From the NCBI RefSeq assembly GCF_001194135.2, contig NC_068992.1:10253162-10317161 (forward strand): 64,000 nucleotides of DNA. The letters are read 5' to 3'. Positions 37,750 to 50,430 of this stretch are shown one piece after another. The notes beneath the pieces are model-generated. The model worked only from the letters and a program-made list of their open reading frames with translations, was not told the DNA's origin and did no database searches. The translations under genes were made by a program, and so were the position numbers. The DNA comes from Octopus bimaculoides. Lineage: Eukaryota. Position 1 is the first letter of the stretch. Each line of letters starts with the position of its first letter.

Positions 37750-38800
37750 TGTAGAGCTGTTTAATTAGTTGTGCATATAGCAGTGTGGGTAGCAGTGCTG
37801 GTTTTTTCTTGGTTTTTGGATTTCTTGTGGTTGTTGTTGTTGTTGTTCATGATCTTGTTGTTGTTGTTTCTGTGCTAGTGGGCAACTGATTTTCAGGTGT
37901 GATTTGCTACCACATATGTAGCAACTTGGCTTTCTGCCTTCGACAGCCACATGCAAATTTCCAATTGTCTGTCAGTTTGATTTGATGTGGAATTTTTTCA
38001 AAGTTGATTGGATCAATTTGAGCAAGGATTTCCACTCCTTGACCAATCCAGTTTTGCTAGTCCAGGACAGCAATTTCCAAGATATGGATTTCCTCCTCGA
38101 TATCGCAACAAATGGCAGACACAAACCATTTTATTTCTATCTCAGGGGGCACATTTTTTATTTTTATTTTTGTGATTCTATGACGAAGGTACGTAGGGAT
38201 CATCATTAAGTTGTCACATTCAAAGGACTTTGTCAAGAAGTCCTTGGCTCATTCTTCACTGTCGAATCTAACTTCAATTGTGGCAAATATTTTTCCCCTT
38301 GTGATGTAGTCTTTAAAGGCCCATATGGGCCTTAAACATTTTTCTACTGTTTCTTGGGTGGCAGTTTCGTATAGTTTTGTTTTTAGGCTGAGTGTCTTGT
38401 GAATAATTGTTCTTTTTTAATTTCTTCTGTGATTTTTTTTTTTTTTGGTGTCTGTAGTTGTATGGTGTGTTCATCTTTTTTAAACATTGCCTTGCAAGCA
38501 AGCAGTTCTTCCTTTGAAAAGGACATGATTCTTTTCTTCAGCTTTAAAGCTGCGGCAAAATTGTTTTAAGCGTTCCTGTTGGTTGTAGTGGTGATGGCAG
38601 TAGTGGTGGTAGCAGTGATGGAGGCAGTGTTTATAGTAGTAAACATCTTTATATCTTTGTTTGTATCTTCTAAAGCATATGTGCGTTCAAGCGGAATGAC
38701 TTTGTTTTCAGCTTCCCTCACCTCTGGCTTCGGTAGAGGCAGGATGTCAATGGCATGTTGGTTCCATTTAGCCACTTTCGTTTAGAATATGGCAAAGAAG
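37750..38800 (-). pseudogene. Decayed L1/Tx1-like LINE ORF1 (RRM-like region plus CCHC zinc knuckle)
   Basis: Minus-strand translation: IFATIEVRFDSEE*AKDFLTKSFECDNLMMIPTYLRHRITKIKIKNVPPEIEIKWFVSAIC...IPHQIKLTDNW, frameshift, then LHVAVEGRKPSCYICGSKSHLKISCP. The CX2CX4HX4C knuckle is at 37882-37923. A Gln/Thr/Pro-rich tail follows. Confidence 0.7.
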
Positions 38801-39133
38801 CTGAAGAAAAGTTTCAAAAATTTTGGAAATTCACTTCAAGTGGGGTAATTTCCTATTACAAGATTTACTGGGGTTGAAGGAAGTAAAGTTAAACATCTAT
38901 TTCACAAAAAATATTCCACAAATAAACAGCTTTTCTACACAAAAAAGCCAACTGACTTGGAGCTGATTTTTCTACAGTCCATTCACATCAGAGATAGATA
39001 TATAGATAGATAGATAGATAAAAAGATAGCTAGCTAGCTAGCTAGATAGATAGACAGATAGATAGATAGATAGATAATAGATAAATAGATAGATAGATAG
39101 ATAAAGAGAGAGAGAGAGAGTGAGATAGATAGG

Positions 39134-39170
<37 letters not shown>

Positions 39171-39327
39171 GTGATTAAGTGATTGTAGCAATTTGCAGTA
39201 AGAAATATTTCAATGTTACTGAATAAGGACAAAGGCTACTTGGTATTTATTGTCTTGTTACGACATGGCTGGATCTTATTGCTTTTGTCTCCTAAATATT
39301 GTGTGTACATGCATGTGTATGTGTGTG

Positions 39328-39363
<36 letters not shown>

Positions 39364-40115
39364 GTGTGTATTATTAAAAACCTCAACAGTGCTCCAGACT
39401 TAGGATTTTTATTGAGGATAATTTTCTTTTCGTTATATTTTTTTCCTAAGTCCTTTATATATTGTTTGAGAGAATAAAAGTTTTCTTAGGTCCATTGATG
39501 TTGCAAGGTTTTTTTTATTTTTTTTTTTATCTTTTCTTGTGGTTGAAGTTGTTATTAGTAACCACTAATAACAATTTCTGCCAGATCANNNNNNNNNNNN
39601 NNNNNNNNNNNNNNNNNNNNNNNNNNNNNNNNNNNNNNNNNNNNNNNNNNNNNNNNNNNNNNNNNNNNNNNNNNNNNNNNNNNNNNNNNNNNNNNNNNNN
39701 NNNNNNNNNNNNNNNNNNNNNNNNNNNNNNNNNNNNNNNNNNNNNNNNNNNNNNNNNNNNNNNNNNNNNNNNNNNNNNNNNNNNNNNNNNNNNNNNNNNN
39801 NNNNNNNNNNNNNNNNNNNNNNNNNNNNNNNNNNNNNNNNNNNNNNNNNNNNNNNNNNNNNNNNNNNNNNNNNNNNNNNNNNNNNNNNNNNNNNNNNNNN
39901 NNNNNNNNNNTATATATATTTATATATATATACACATATATATATATATATAGACTATATATATATATATATATACAATATACATATGTACACACACACA
40001 TTTATATCTATATCTCTCTATACACAGATGTATGTATGTTTATGTATGTGTTTTTAAGTATATATATTTGTATATATGTGTGTGTGTGTGTGAGTGTGTC
40101 TCTGTGTATATAAAC

Positions 40116-40150
<35 letters not shown>

Positions 40151-40157
<7 letters not shown>

Positions 40158-40650
40158 ACTTGGGGATGGTCATATTGCCAGTTTAGCCAATAAAAACACA
40201 CGCACTGTATATTTGGTGTTAATTTGCTTCAGCTTTATATTACATTAATCTTAATCTTATTTCGGCCAGAGTTCTTTCGTCACACTTCTGTGACCTCATC
40301 AGTGGTCCTTTGTTTCCTTCCTTCTTATGTGTGTCTCACCTTGCTAAATATCNNNNNNNNNNNNNNNNNNNNNNNNNNNNNNNNNNNNNNNNNNNNNNNN
40401 NNNNNNNNNNNNNNNNNNNNNNNNNNNNNNNNNNNNNNNNNNNNGACCACTGATGAGGTCACAGAAGTGTGACGAAAGAACTCTGGCCGAAATAAGATTA
40501 AGATTAATGTAATATAAAGCTGAAGCAAATTAACACCAAATATACAGTGCGTGTGTTTTTATTGGCTAAACTGGCAAAATGACCATCCCCAAGTACAACA
40601 AAATCTGTTTCAACACACGATTTCACATCAAAAATCTTGCAAAACAAATA
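40151..40650. mobile_element. Palindromic (foldback/MITE-like) element with ~157-bp inverted arms
   Basis: 40151-40307 is the reverse complement of 40445-40601 with one visible mismatch (catattgcc vs cattttgcc). An N-gap lies in the loop. Older fragments of the arm are near 5020-5110 and 46125-46215. Confidence 0.8.
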
Positions 40651-41912
40651 TATATATATACATATATATATATATGCATACACTCACATATAAATGTATG
40701 TTAGCAGTGTTGTCAGAGTATCAGTCAGAATGCTCTGTGATATTTTTTCCAGCTCTCTGCTTCAACCTTTGTTCTAAAGTACAAATACTACCCAAGGACA
40801 GTTATACCTTTCATCCTTTTGCTTTTGTCGCTTGATAAATGATGTAGTAATCCTGGTCGGTATATTAGTATGAATCGGTAGCAGCGTTGAATGCCATGTC
40901 TTGTATGTTTGGCCAAAATTCCAATGACGTAATCTAGTAAAAAAAAAAAGTTGGGCTTACAATTGTGTGGTTGTGAGTTTGATTCCCAGACCGGACTATG
41001 TGTTGTGTTCTTGAGCAAGACACTTTATTTCACGTTGCTCCAGTTCACTCAGCTGTAGAAATGAGTTGCAATGTCACTGGTGCCAAGCTGTATTGGCCCC
41101 TCTGCCTTTCCCTTTCCCTTGGACAACATTAGTGATTTGGAGAGGGGAAACTGGTATGCATGGGTGACTTCTAGTCTTTCATAAACAACCTTGTCCAGAC
41201 TTGTGCTTTGGAGAGGATCTTTCTAGGTGCAATCCGATGGTCTTTACCATTTGCACACACACACATGCACACACAAACACACACATACATATTCAGTATA
41301 GTAAAGACATGAAAGTTGTGTGGACTTGACTGGGAGCCATCTCGGAGTAGGATGAAAGAGAAACAAGTGTTATGCTGAAGCTCCAATATGCAGTTCTTGC
41401 AATGAAGCCTGTTGAAGAATATAATAAAGACCAGAGTATATAGAAACAGCGATGAGGTCAGGTTAACAGGAAGTTAAGGGAATATAAATCAACAGTTAAA
41501 AAAGAAATATGGATCATATAAATGAAATGATTGTTAAATACTGTTTTATTTGATTCAACTCATATGTAATAGCGAAAGATCATTTTCAATATACATACAT
41601 TATTTGGGCATTGATGCATGTGGGGGATAATAGTAGGGAAGAAGATGGCTTTGTAATCCAGCTAGAAGTAACTTGCAGGAGAGGGAGACAAAGATTATAG
41701 AGGAAGAGGTGGTGAAAGTCGATCCCAGGAGGCTGAATCTCACAAAAGATATGACAAAGGACTGAAACAGGTGGTTGTGTATGTGTGAGTCAGTGTAGAG
41801 GGGAAAACTCATCCAGTTTGTGCATTGTAAGCATTGGAAAATGAATATAAAATGATTGTATTGATGATGATATATATATATACATATATAAGCATGTATA
41901 TGTGTGTTTGTA

Positions 41913-41973
<61 letters not shown>

Positions 41974-43165
41974 GTATGTATGTATCTATATCATTTATGT
42001 ATGTATATGCATGTTGGATATATCTAAATATGGATGGCACTCTCTTGGTAATTTATCTTAAGCTACATGCACAAGTGAAGGGCTAATTACAATACACCTG
42101 AAGAATTGAGGTATTTGGTGATAATACATACCAGGCTGAAACATTAATTCAGATATACACGCCTACATATATGTGTGCGTGTATGTATATTTATAAATGT
42201 ATGTATGTATTCATGTATACACACACACACACACACACACACATACACACATATGTTTGCAGAGGAAATGTTTAAACAGCAATCTGTTGGTAATTCATCT
42301 CTAGTCATATGCTGTAGTGAAAAGTTAATTACAATGTGTATGTATGTATATATATATTGTGTGTATGTGTGTGTGTGTGTGTTTGTGTGTGTATGAACAG
42401 CTAGGGTATTAAATGCTAACACATACAGGATTATATAGCATTATGTGCATATATATTAATACTGTCTCACAAACTCACATATTGCATATGTTTAAACAGA
42501 CAGCTGCAGTATTATGTGACATGATTTATAGAATATATATGCATTTCTACTAAAGTTAAATACAGCAATCTATTGGAAATAAATAGATTGCAAACCACAT
42601 GCAGTATTACTGTTATATTTCGGTTTGAAACATTNNNNNNNNNNAAAAAAAGGTAAAAAAAAAAAAAAAAAGAAAAAAAAAATCAAATAATTCTCTGAAG
42701 TTCTGAAGGCAATATTTTCGAGAAATAATACAGCAATAAATAAGAAAGAAATAATAAATTAAGCAAGGCAAAAAAATGGTATTTTTAATGATTTCTTTTC
42801 GGCAGTCGACTTATCTCTTGGGATTATACAAACTGTCAAATTATACATACACTGAAATTATTCAGATAAACTTTATCAGCAATAAAATGTATTTTCTGGT
42901 AGGAATTAGATTGGCTAAAGTTGTTGAATGGATAAAGGTACTGGAGCACTGTTCCTCTACCGCACAGATCTTGCAGCTCCATGTCAAACACATGCAAACA
43001 TTACTACTACATAGACGTTACTGGACAGAACCTAGAGACAGGTTTTTTTCTAGCTGGAGTAACATGTGTCCTAGTAAATGACTGAATGTTATGAATGCAT
43101 TTATTATTGACCTCAAACAGTTGACAGGCAAAGTTGTCTATATATATATATGTGTGTGTGTATAA

Positions 43166-43198
<33 letters not shown>

Positions 43199-43555
43199 NN
43201 NNNNNNNNNNNNNNNNNNNNNNNNNNNNNNNNNNNNNNNNNNNNNNNNNNNNNNNNNNNNNNNNNNNNNNNNNNNNNNNNNNNNNNNNNNNNNNNNNNNN
43301 NNNNNNNNNNNNNNNNNNNNNNNNNNNNNNNNNNNNNNNNNNNNNNNNNNNNNNNNNNNNNNNNNNNNNNNNNNNNNNNNNNNNNNNNNNNNNNNNNNNN
43401 NNNNNNNNNNNNNNNNNNNNNNNNNNNNNNNNNNNNNNNNNNNNNNNNNNNNNNNNNNNNNNNNNNNNNNNNNNNNNNNNNNNNNNNNNNNNNNNNNNNN
43501 NNNNNNNNNNNNNNNNNNNNNNNNNNNNNNNNNNNNNNNNNNNNNNNNNNNNNNN

Positions 43556-43856
43556 GGGTCGACCAAAGCCTTGTGAGTGGATTTGGTAGACGGAAACTGA
43601 AAGAAGCCTGTCGTATATATGTATATATATATGTATGTGTGTATGTGTTTGTATGTCTGTGTTTGTCCCCCCAACATCGCTTGACAAACGATGCTGGTGT
43701 GTTTATGTCACCGTAACTTAGCTGTTCGGCAAAAGAGACCGATAGAATAAGTACTAGGCTTCCAAAGAATAAGTCCTAGGGTTGATTTGCTCGACTAAAG
43801 GCGGTGCTCCAGCATGGCCACAGTCAAAAGACTGAAACAAGTAAAAGAGTAAAAGA
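43556..43856 (+). mobile_element. tRNA-derived SINE (5' end lost in gap)
   Basis: Matches the body and tail of 31842-32216. Confidence 0.85.
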
Positions 43857-43998
43857 GATATATATACATATATACATATACATATATATATATGTATATT
43901 TGTATTTATATATATGTATATTTGTATATGCATATTTGTGTATATATATATGTGTGTATATATATGTCATAAAATGTTTATATAAATGTGTGTATATG

Positions 43999-44039
<41 letters not shown>

Positions 44040-44532
44040 TTGTGTGTGTGTGCATGTGAAGTGTATGTGTGTCTACATGATGCATGTATGTGCATTCACA
44101 TGTATCAGTTTCTCTAACTGTCCATCCCTCTCTACTTAACTCTGTACACTGTATACAAATGTCTATTTGTACCTGTATGCAGGTAGATGGAAATGTGTTT
44201 TTGTGTGATCCCACAGTCATGCACGAAGCATATTTATCACTTTATAACATCAGGTTAAAGTTGAACACATCTGCCAATAAGCTGACTGTTGAAGAGTACA
44301 CATTCTTCCACCACACCCTTTCATCCCCACCACCACCACCAGCACTACTCTTCTACCATTGCCACTACCACCATAGTCACCTCCACCCACCACCACCACC
44401 ACCACCATTGACAACGAAAATGGAATGAAGAATTAATCAATGGCAGCTACTCCCTCCTTCAGTTTCTCGGTTCCTCACCAAGAATTCAACACTTCTCTCT
44501 TCTAACCTGCATGCACTTCCAATGTCAGAATG

Positions 44533-44571
<39 letters not shown>

Positions 44572-45412
44572 NNNNNNNNNNNNNNNNNNNNNNNNNNNNN
44601 NNNNNNNNNNNNNNNNNNNNNNNNNNNNNNNNNNNNNNNNNNNNNNNNNNNNNNNNNNNNNNNNNNNNNNNNNNNNNNNNNNNNNNNNNNNNNNNNNNNN
44701 NNNNNNNNNNNNNNNNNNNNNNNNNNNNNNNNNNNNNNNNNNNNNNNNNNNNNNNNNNNNNNNNNNNNNNNNNNNNNNNNNNNNNNNNNNNNNNNNNNNN
44801 NNNNNNNNNNNNNNNNNNNNNNNNNNNNNNNNNNNNNNNNNNNNNNNNNNNNNNNNNNNNNNNNNNNNNNNNNNNNNNNNNNNNNNNNNNNNNNNNNNNN
44901 NNNNNNNNNNNNNNNNNNNNNNNNNNNNNNNNNNNNNNNNNNNNNNNNNNNNNNNNNNNNNNNNNNNNNNNNNNNNNNNNNNNNNNNNNNNNNNNNNNNN
45001 NNNNNNNNNNNNNNNNNNNNNNNNNNNNNNNNNNNNNNNNNNNNNNNNNNNNNNNNNNNNNNNNNNNNNNNNNNNNNNNNNNNNNNNNNNNNNNNNNNNN
45101 NNNNNNNNNNNNNNNNNNNNNNNNNNNNNNNNNNNNNNNNNNNNNNNNNNNNNNNNNNNNNNNNNNNNNNNNNNNNNNNNNNNNNNNNNNNNNNNNNNNN
45201 NNNNNNNNNNNNNNNNNNNNNNNNNNNNNNNNNNNNNNNNNNNNNNNNNNNNNNNNNNNNNNNNNNATATATATATATATATATATATAAATATATAGCT
45301 GTATTTACGTATATTTATGTATGTATATATAATATGTATGTGTATATATGTGTGTGTGTTTATATATATATATATATATATTTTACATATGTGTGTATAT
45401 ATATATAGATGT

Positions 45413-45447
<35 letters not shown>

Positions 45448-46394
45448 ATGTTTATATATTGATCTATTTATATTTATATAGCAACTTAATATACAATATA
45501 ACATGTAAAGGTTGCTGTGAATACTACATTAAACAAAAATGGTATAACACTCAAGAAAAGAATGATTATACATCATCAACAGATTAGGGAACCATATACA
45601 AGAAAATTTCATTTGAGTCAGCATAAAGAAGATTGTTGGGGTTAGGTTTTACCAAACTATTTAATCTTCTCATTCTATCAGTGCACCAATACAATAATGG
45701 AACAGCAACAAAACAGTAGAGAAATATATTTTATTTATAATTACCAACTGACACTTAATGAATTATGTTTTAATTAGCACACAACACTAATTGTATTTCA
45801 ACATTCTTAAAAAAAGCAAAAAAAAAAACAAGAAAAAAAAACAAGAGTTGTAACTTTTTGAGTAAAGTAAACTTATTTTGTTTATAAAAATCAGAAATCT
45901 GTTTCTTTATCTGATGTTTAAATTAAATATTCTTTCTTTTAAATGAACCTCCTTGATTCTGTATAACTAAAAAGGTCATGTGATGTGCAGTGATGAAAGG
46001 GCTTTGATTAATAAACAACTAATTGATTGTTTAACCACTGCTTTAAACAAATGACCAATTAGTTAGTTGGTTTGATATTTAACCAATTGACTAACGACAA
46101 AGAAGTGGTATTGAATCAGTGGATGTGTTTTTTGTTATTGATGTAATGATCCTCCCAAGACATAACAAGATTTGTTTCAGCACAAATTCACATCAAAAAT
46201 TTTGCAAAGCAAATACAGAAGCAAAATAAAAATATTGCTCTCTGAAAAGAATAACCAATATATGCCTTTATCAAAAAAACATGAAGCCCACAGACTGACA
46301 ATTATATCCCTTATCTTGGAATTACATCAGGTAGCATTTCTATCTAAAATTAATCTTACATGTTTCTTCCACTTCATGGGATAATGACAGACTA

Positions 46395-46855
46395 ATGTTT
46401 TAGCCACAGGCATAACCAACCTAGATAATTCATTATGATGAGAGAGAGAGACGAAATGTTTTCAGTCACAGACATAACCAAACAAGGTAGATTATTAGAG
46501 ACAAATTGTATTAGCCACAGACATAACTAATTGAAATGTATTAACAAAAAATTAATGTTACTACTGAGAAGGCGAGTGTTGTAGCCAGAGACATAACTAA
46601 CCGAGATATATCATGAGACTAATTGCCTTAGCTGCAGAATAATTGAGAAGAATCATTAATAATAAACTTGACTGTTGCGAGACTGTTTTAGGCAGAGATA
46701 TAACTAAGTGCGGTAGAATGTTAATAATAAACTTGACTTTTGAAAGAGAGATTAAGTGTTTTTAGCCACAGACATAACTAAGTGATGTAGAGCATAAATA
46801 ATAAACATGACTGTTGTGAGAAACCGCATTTCTAGCTACAGACGTAACTAGCTGT
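46395..46855. repeat. Degenerate array of a ~20-bp core with 47-74 bp periodicity
   Basis: Eight copies of a TTAGCCACAGACATAACTAA-like core starting near 46400, 46461, 46511, 46581, 46628, 46688, 46762 and 46832. Confidence 0.85.
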
Positions 46856-47224
46856 GGTAATTGCTTAATTAGCTCTAGTTTTACTTTAATCTAATCCCTA
46901 CTGGCTCTGTGTGTGACTGGAAATACTACAAACGAAAATGAAATTATGAAAGTTTTAATTGGTACCCGCTACAATATTCTTAACAGGTGAAGGTGTAAGT
47001 GGAGGAGAAAGACGAGTGTGGGGAGGGTGAACAAAAAAAAAATAGCAAAGCAACAAAACAACAGTAAAAAAAAAGAGAGAAAAATGCTTGGTAATAATTA
47101 TGTTTCATAATTCCTTGTCTTCAAAGCATCTCCTCAACATAAAGCTGTTTTCTATTATGTCTTCTGTTATTATTATTTCTTTGTCTTATTTATTATACTT
47201 ATATTTCTTCTTCTTCTTCTTCTT

Positions 47225-47257
<33 letters not shown>

Positions 47258-47270
47258 ATTATCATATCTC

Positions 47271-47308
<38 letters not shown>

Positions 47309-48569
47309 NNNNNNNNNNNNNNNNNNNNNNNNNNNNNNNNNNNNNNNNNNNNNNNNNNNNNNNNNNNNNNNNNNNNNNNNNNNNNNNNNNNNNNNNNNNN
47401 NNNNNNNNNNNNNNNNNNNNNNNNNNNNNNNNNNNNNNNNNNNNNNNNNNNNNNNNNNNNNNNNNNNNNNNNNNNNNNNNNNNNNNNNNNNNNNNNNNNN
47501 NNNNNNNNNNNNNNNNNNNNNNNNNNNNNNNNNNNNNNNNNNNNNNNNNNNNNNNNNNNNNNNNNNNNNNNNNNNNNNNNNNNNNNNNNNNNNNNNNNNN
47601 NNNNNNNNNNNNNNNNNNNNNNNNNNNNNNNNNNNNNNNNNNNNNNNNNNNNNNNNNNNNNNNNNNNNNNNNNNNNNNNNNNNNNNNNNNNNNNNNNNNN
47701 NNNNNNNNNNNNNNNNNNNNNNNNNNNNNNNNNNNNNNNNNNNNNNNNNNNNNNNNNNNNNNNNNNNNNNNNNNNNNNNNNNNNNNNNNNNNNNNNNNNN
47801 NNNNNNNNNNNNNNNNNNNNNNNNNNNNNNNNNNNNNNNNNNNNNNNNNNNNNNNNNNNNNNNNNNNNNNNNNNNNNNNNNNNNNNNNNNNNNNNNNNNN
47901 NNNNNNNNNNNNNNNNNNNNNNNNNNNNNNNNNNNNNNNNNNNNNNNNNNNNNNNNNNNNNNNNNNNNNNNNNNNNNNNNNNNNNNNNNNNNNNNNNNNN
48001 NNNNNNNNTAAGACTAGTGAGAACCAAAGACTGCTGAAGAAGCAATTTGGCTCCTTTTCTTTTTTTTTCTTTTTTTGCATCATATTTTTCTTTTTGTTTG
48101 CCATGCTTCTTGTTTTATTTATATATTTATTTAGGTTTTCTTTATTTACTTCTTTTTTTCTTTTTTTTTTTCACCCTTTGTTACTCAAGAGTCTGTGCAA
48201 CTTTAATTTCATTAATTCTCTTGGCTCTGTTCGTTCCTTTTTGACTATTCGTCTCTCTTTTCTGTGTGTCTGTCTCTCTCTCTCTCTCTGCCTCTCTCTC
48301 TCTCTCTCTGTCTCCCTCTCTCTGACTCTCATTCTCCCACTTTTCTTCTTCTGCTATGATGTACATATCTTTAAAATTTCTCTTTGTCCATCTGCATCAT
48401 AAATATATATACACACTCACACACATGCGCACGTATGCATGCATGTGTGTGTGTGTGTGTGATTTAGAAATTCTTAACCACGTGGTTTTGAGTTCTCTCC
48501 CACTGCACAGTACTTCAACTAACTGTCTTCTACTGTATTCCCAAGTAGATTAATGGAATATATATTTAT

Positions 48570-48648
<79 letters not shown>

Positions 48649-50202
48649 NNNNNNNNNNNNNNNNNNNNNNNNNNNNNNNNNNNNNNNNNNNNNNNNNNNN
48701 NNNNNNNNNNNNNNNNNNNNNNNNNNNNNNNNNNNNNNNNNNNNNNNNNNNNNNNNNNNNNNNNNNNNNNNNNNNNNNNNNNNNNNNNNNNNNNNNNNNN
48801 NNNNNNNNNNNNNNNNNNNNNNNNNNNNNNNNNNNNNNNNNNNNNNNNNNNNNNNNNNNNNNNNNNNNNNNNNNNNNNNNNNNNNNNNNNNNNNNNNNNN
48901 TCCAGTTTGATTTGGCTTGGGTTCTACAGCTTGATGCCCTTCCTAGTGGGTGCTGGATGCTTTTTACAGGGCACCAGCTGTTCCCCAGTGGGGGGACTGG
49001 CTTCAATACTTCTGCTGTGGAGAATGAGGCTTCTCAGGTACAGCAAGGTACCTGATACCTCAGTCCTTTGTCATCTTGTCTGAAAGGTTCCATGTCCTGA
49101 TGTCATACTTCAGTACCTCATCCTGTGTCTTCCTGGGTCAACCTCTTCTACGAGTTCTATCCACTGAGAGATCAACAAACATTCCCTACCACTTGGCTCC
49201 TTTCTTAGCTAATTATAATTCTGTTCACTTTCAGGATTCAACAAATTTGATGAACAAACTCCCTTTCCCCAAAGTGTGCAATATTTAATTTAACATCCTC
49301 AAACAGTTGGGTAGGATCTCAATTAGACATGAACATGAAAGGGGGCTTTTGTGGGAAACAAAATGGCCCTTCAATGTTAATCTCATTACCAACATGCTAC
49401 TCAAGTGCACACAAATCTTCTCTTTAATCTTTTCACTACTTTTTGTTTTCCATGAAACTCACCCAAAAGGCATATTGTTTAAATTCAAATTTCAACTTCA
49501 GCTGCAATGTTTGTAAGTTTTCACTTCTTGTTCTGTAACTTTGACAGGTTTAGTTAATTAAATATATTATCACTCCTGCACCTGCATTTTTCCTGCTAAA
49601 TATATATATATCATCATCATCGTTTAACGTCCGCCTTCCATGCTAGCATGGGTTGGACGATTTGACTGAGGACTGGTGAAACCGGATGGCAACACCAGGC
49701 TCCAATCTAATATATATATATATCACTACATATATCACTATCTACACACACAGACGCATGCACACACAAACACACATACACACACCATTATGTATATGCA
49801 CCAAGGTGACAGAATCATTAGCATGCTTGGCAAAATGCTTATTAGTGGCATTTTGTACATTTTTACATTCTTGGTTCAAATGTTGTCGAGGTTGGTTTTC
49901 AGGATCAAGGAACTAAATACTGGCTTAATACTGGGGCTGATACAGTCAACCAGCTCCAACCACAAAATTTCAGGATTTGTGCCTACAGTGGAAAGGATTA
50001 TGTATGTTTATCTATCTGCGTGTCTGTTTATTTACCTGTCTATTTATATATAAAACTCTGTGTGTGTGTGTGTGTGCATGCGTGCGTGTGTGTGTGTGTC
50101 TGTGTGTGTGTGTGTGTGGATACCTGTTGAGCCCATAGATGAAATGAGGGAAGGCTCAGTATGGTTTATCTATATACTAGAAATAACAACTGAAACTCTA
50201 AA

Positions 50203-50430
50203 CAATCTTTTACTTGTTTCAGTCATTTGACTGCGGCCATGCTGGAGCACCGCCTTTAGTTGAGCAAATCGACCCCGGCACTTATTCTTTGTAAGCTTAG
50301 TACTTATTCTATCGGTCTGTTTTGCCGAACTGCTAAGTGATGGGGACATAAACACACCAGCATCGGTTGTCAATCAATGCTAGGAGGACAAACACAGACA
50401 CACAAACATACACACACACATATATATACG
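50203..50430 (-). mobile_element. tRNA-derived SINE 3' half
   Basis: Reverse complement of the 31842-32216 body and tail. Confidence 0.8.

Noticed and set aside
46181-46330. Apparent 150-nt + strand exon (HKFTSKILQSK...LELHQ) with AG/GT
   Set aside because: Its 5' part is a decayed copy of the palindromic repeat arm at 40578-40650, and the peptide is unrelated to DPH5.
46395-46855. CRISPR array
   Set aside because: Eukaryotic context, no cas genes, degenerate non-palindromic repeats, irregular spacer lengths, and spacers partly related to each other.
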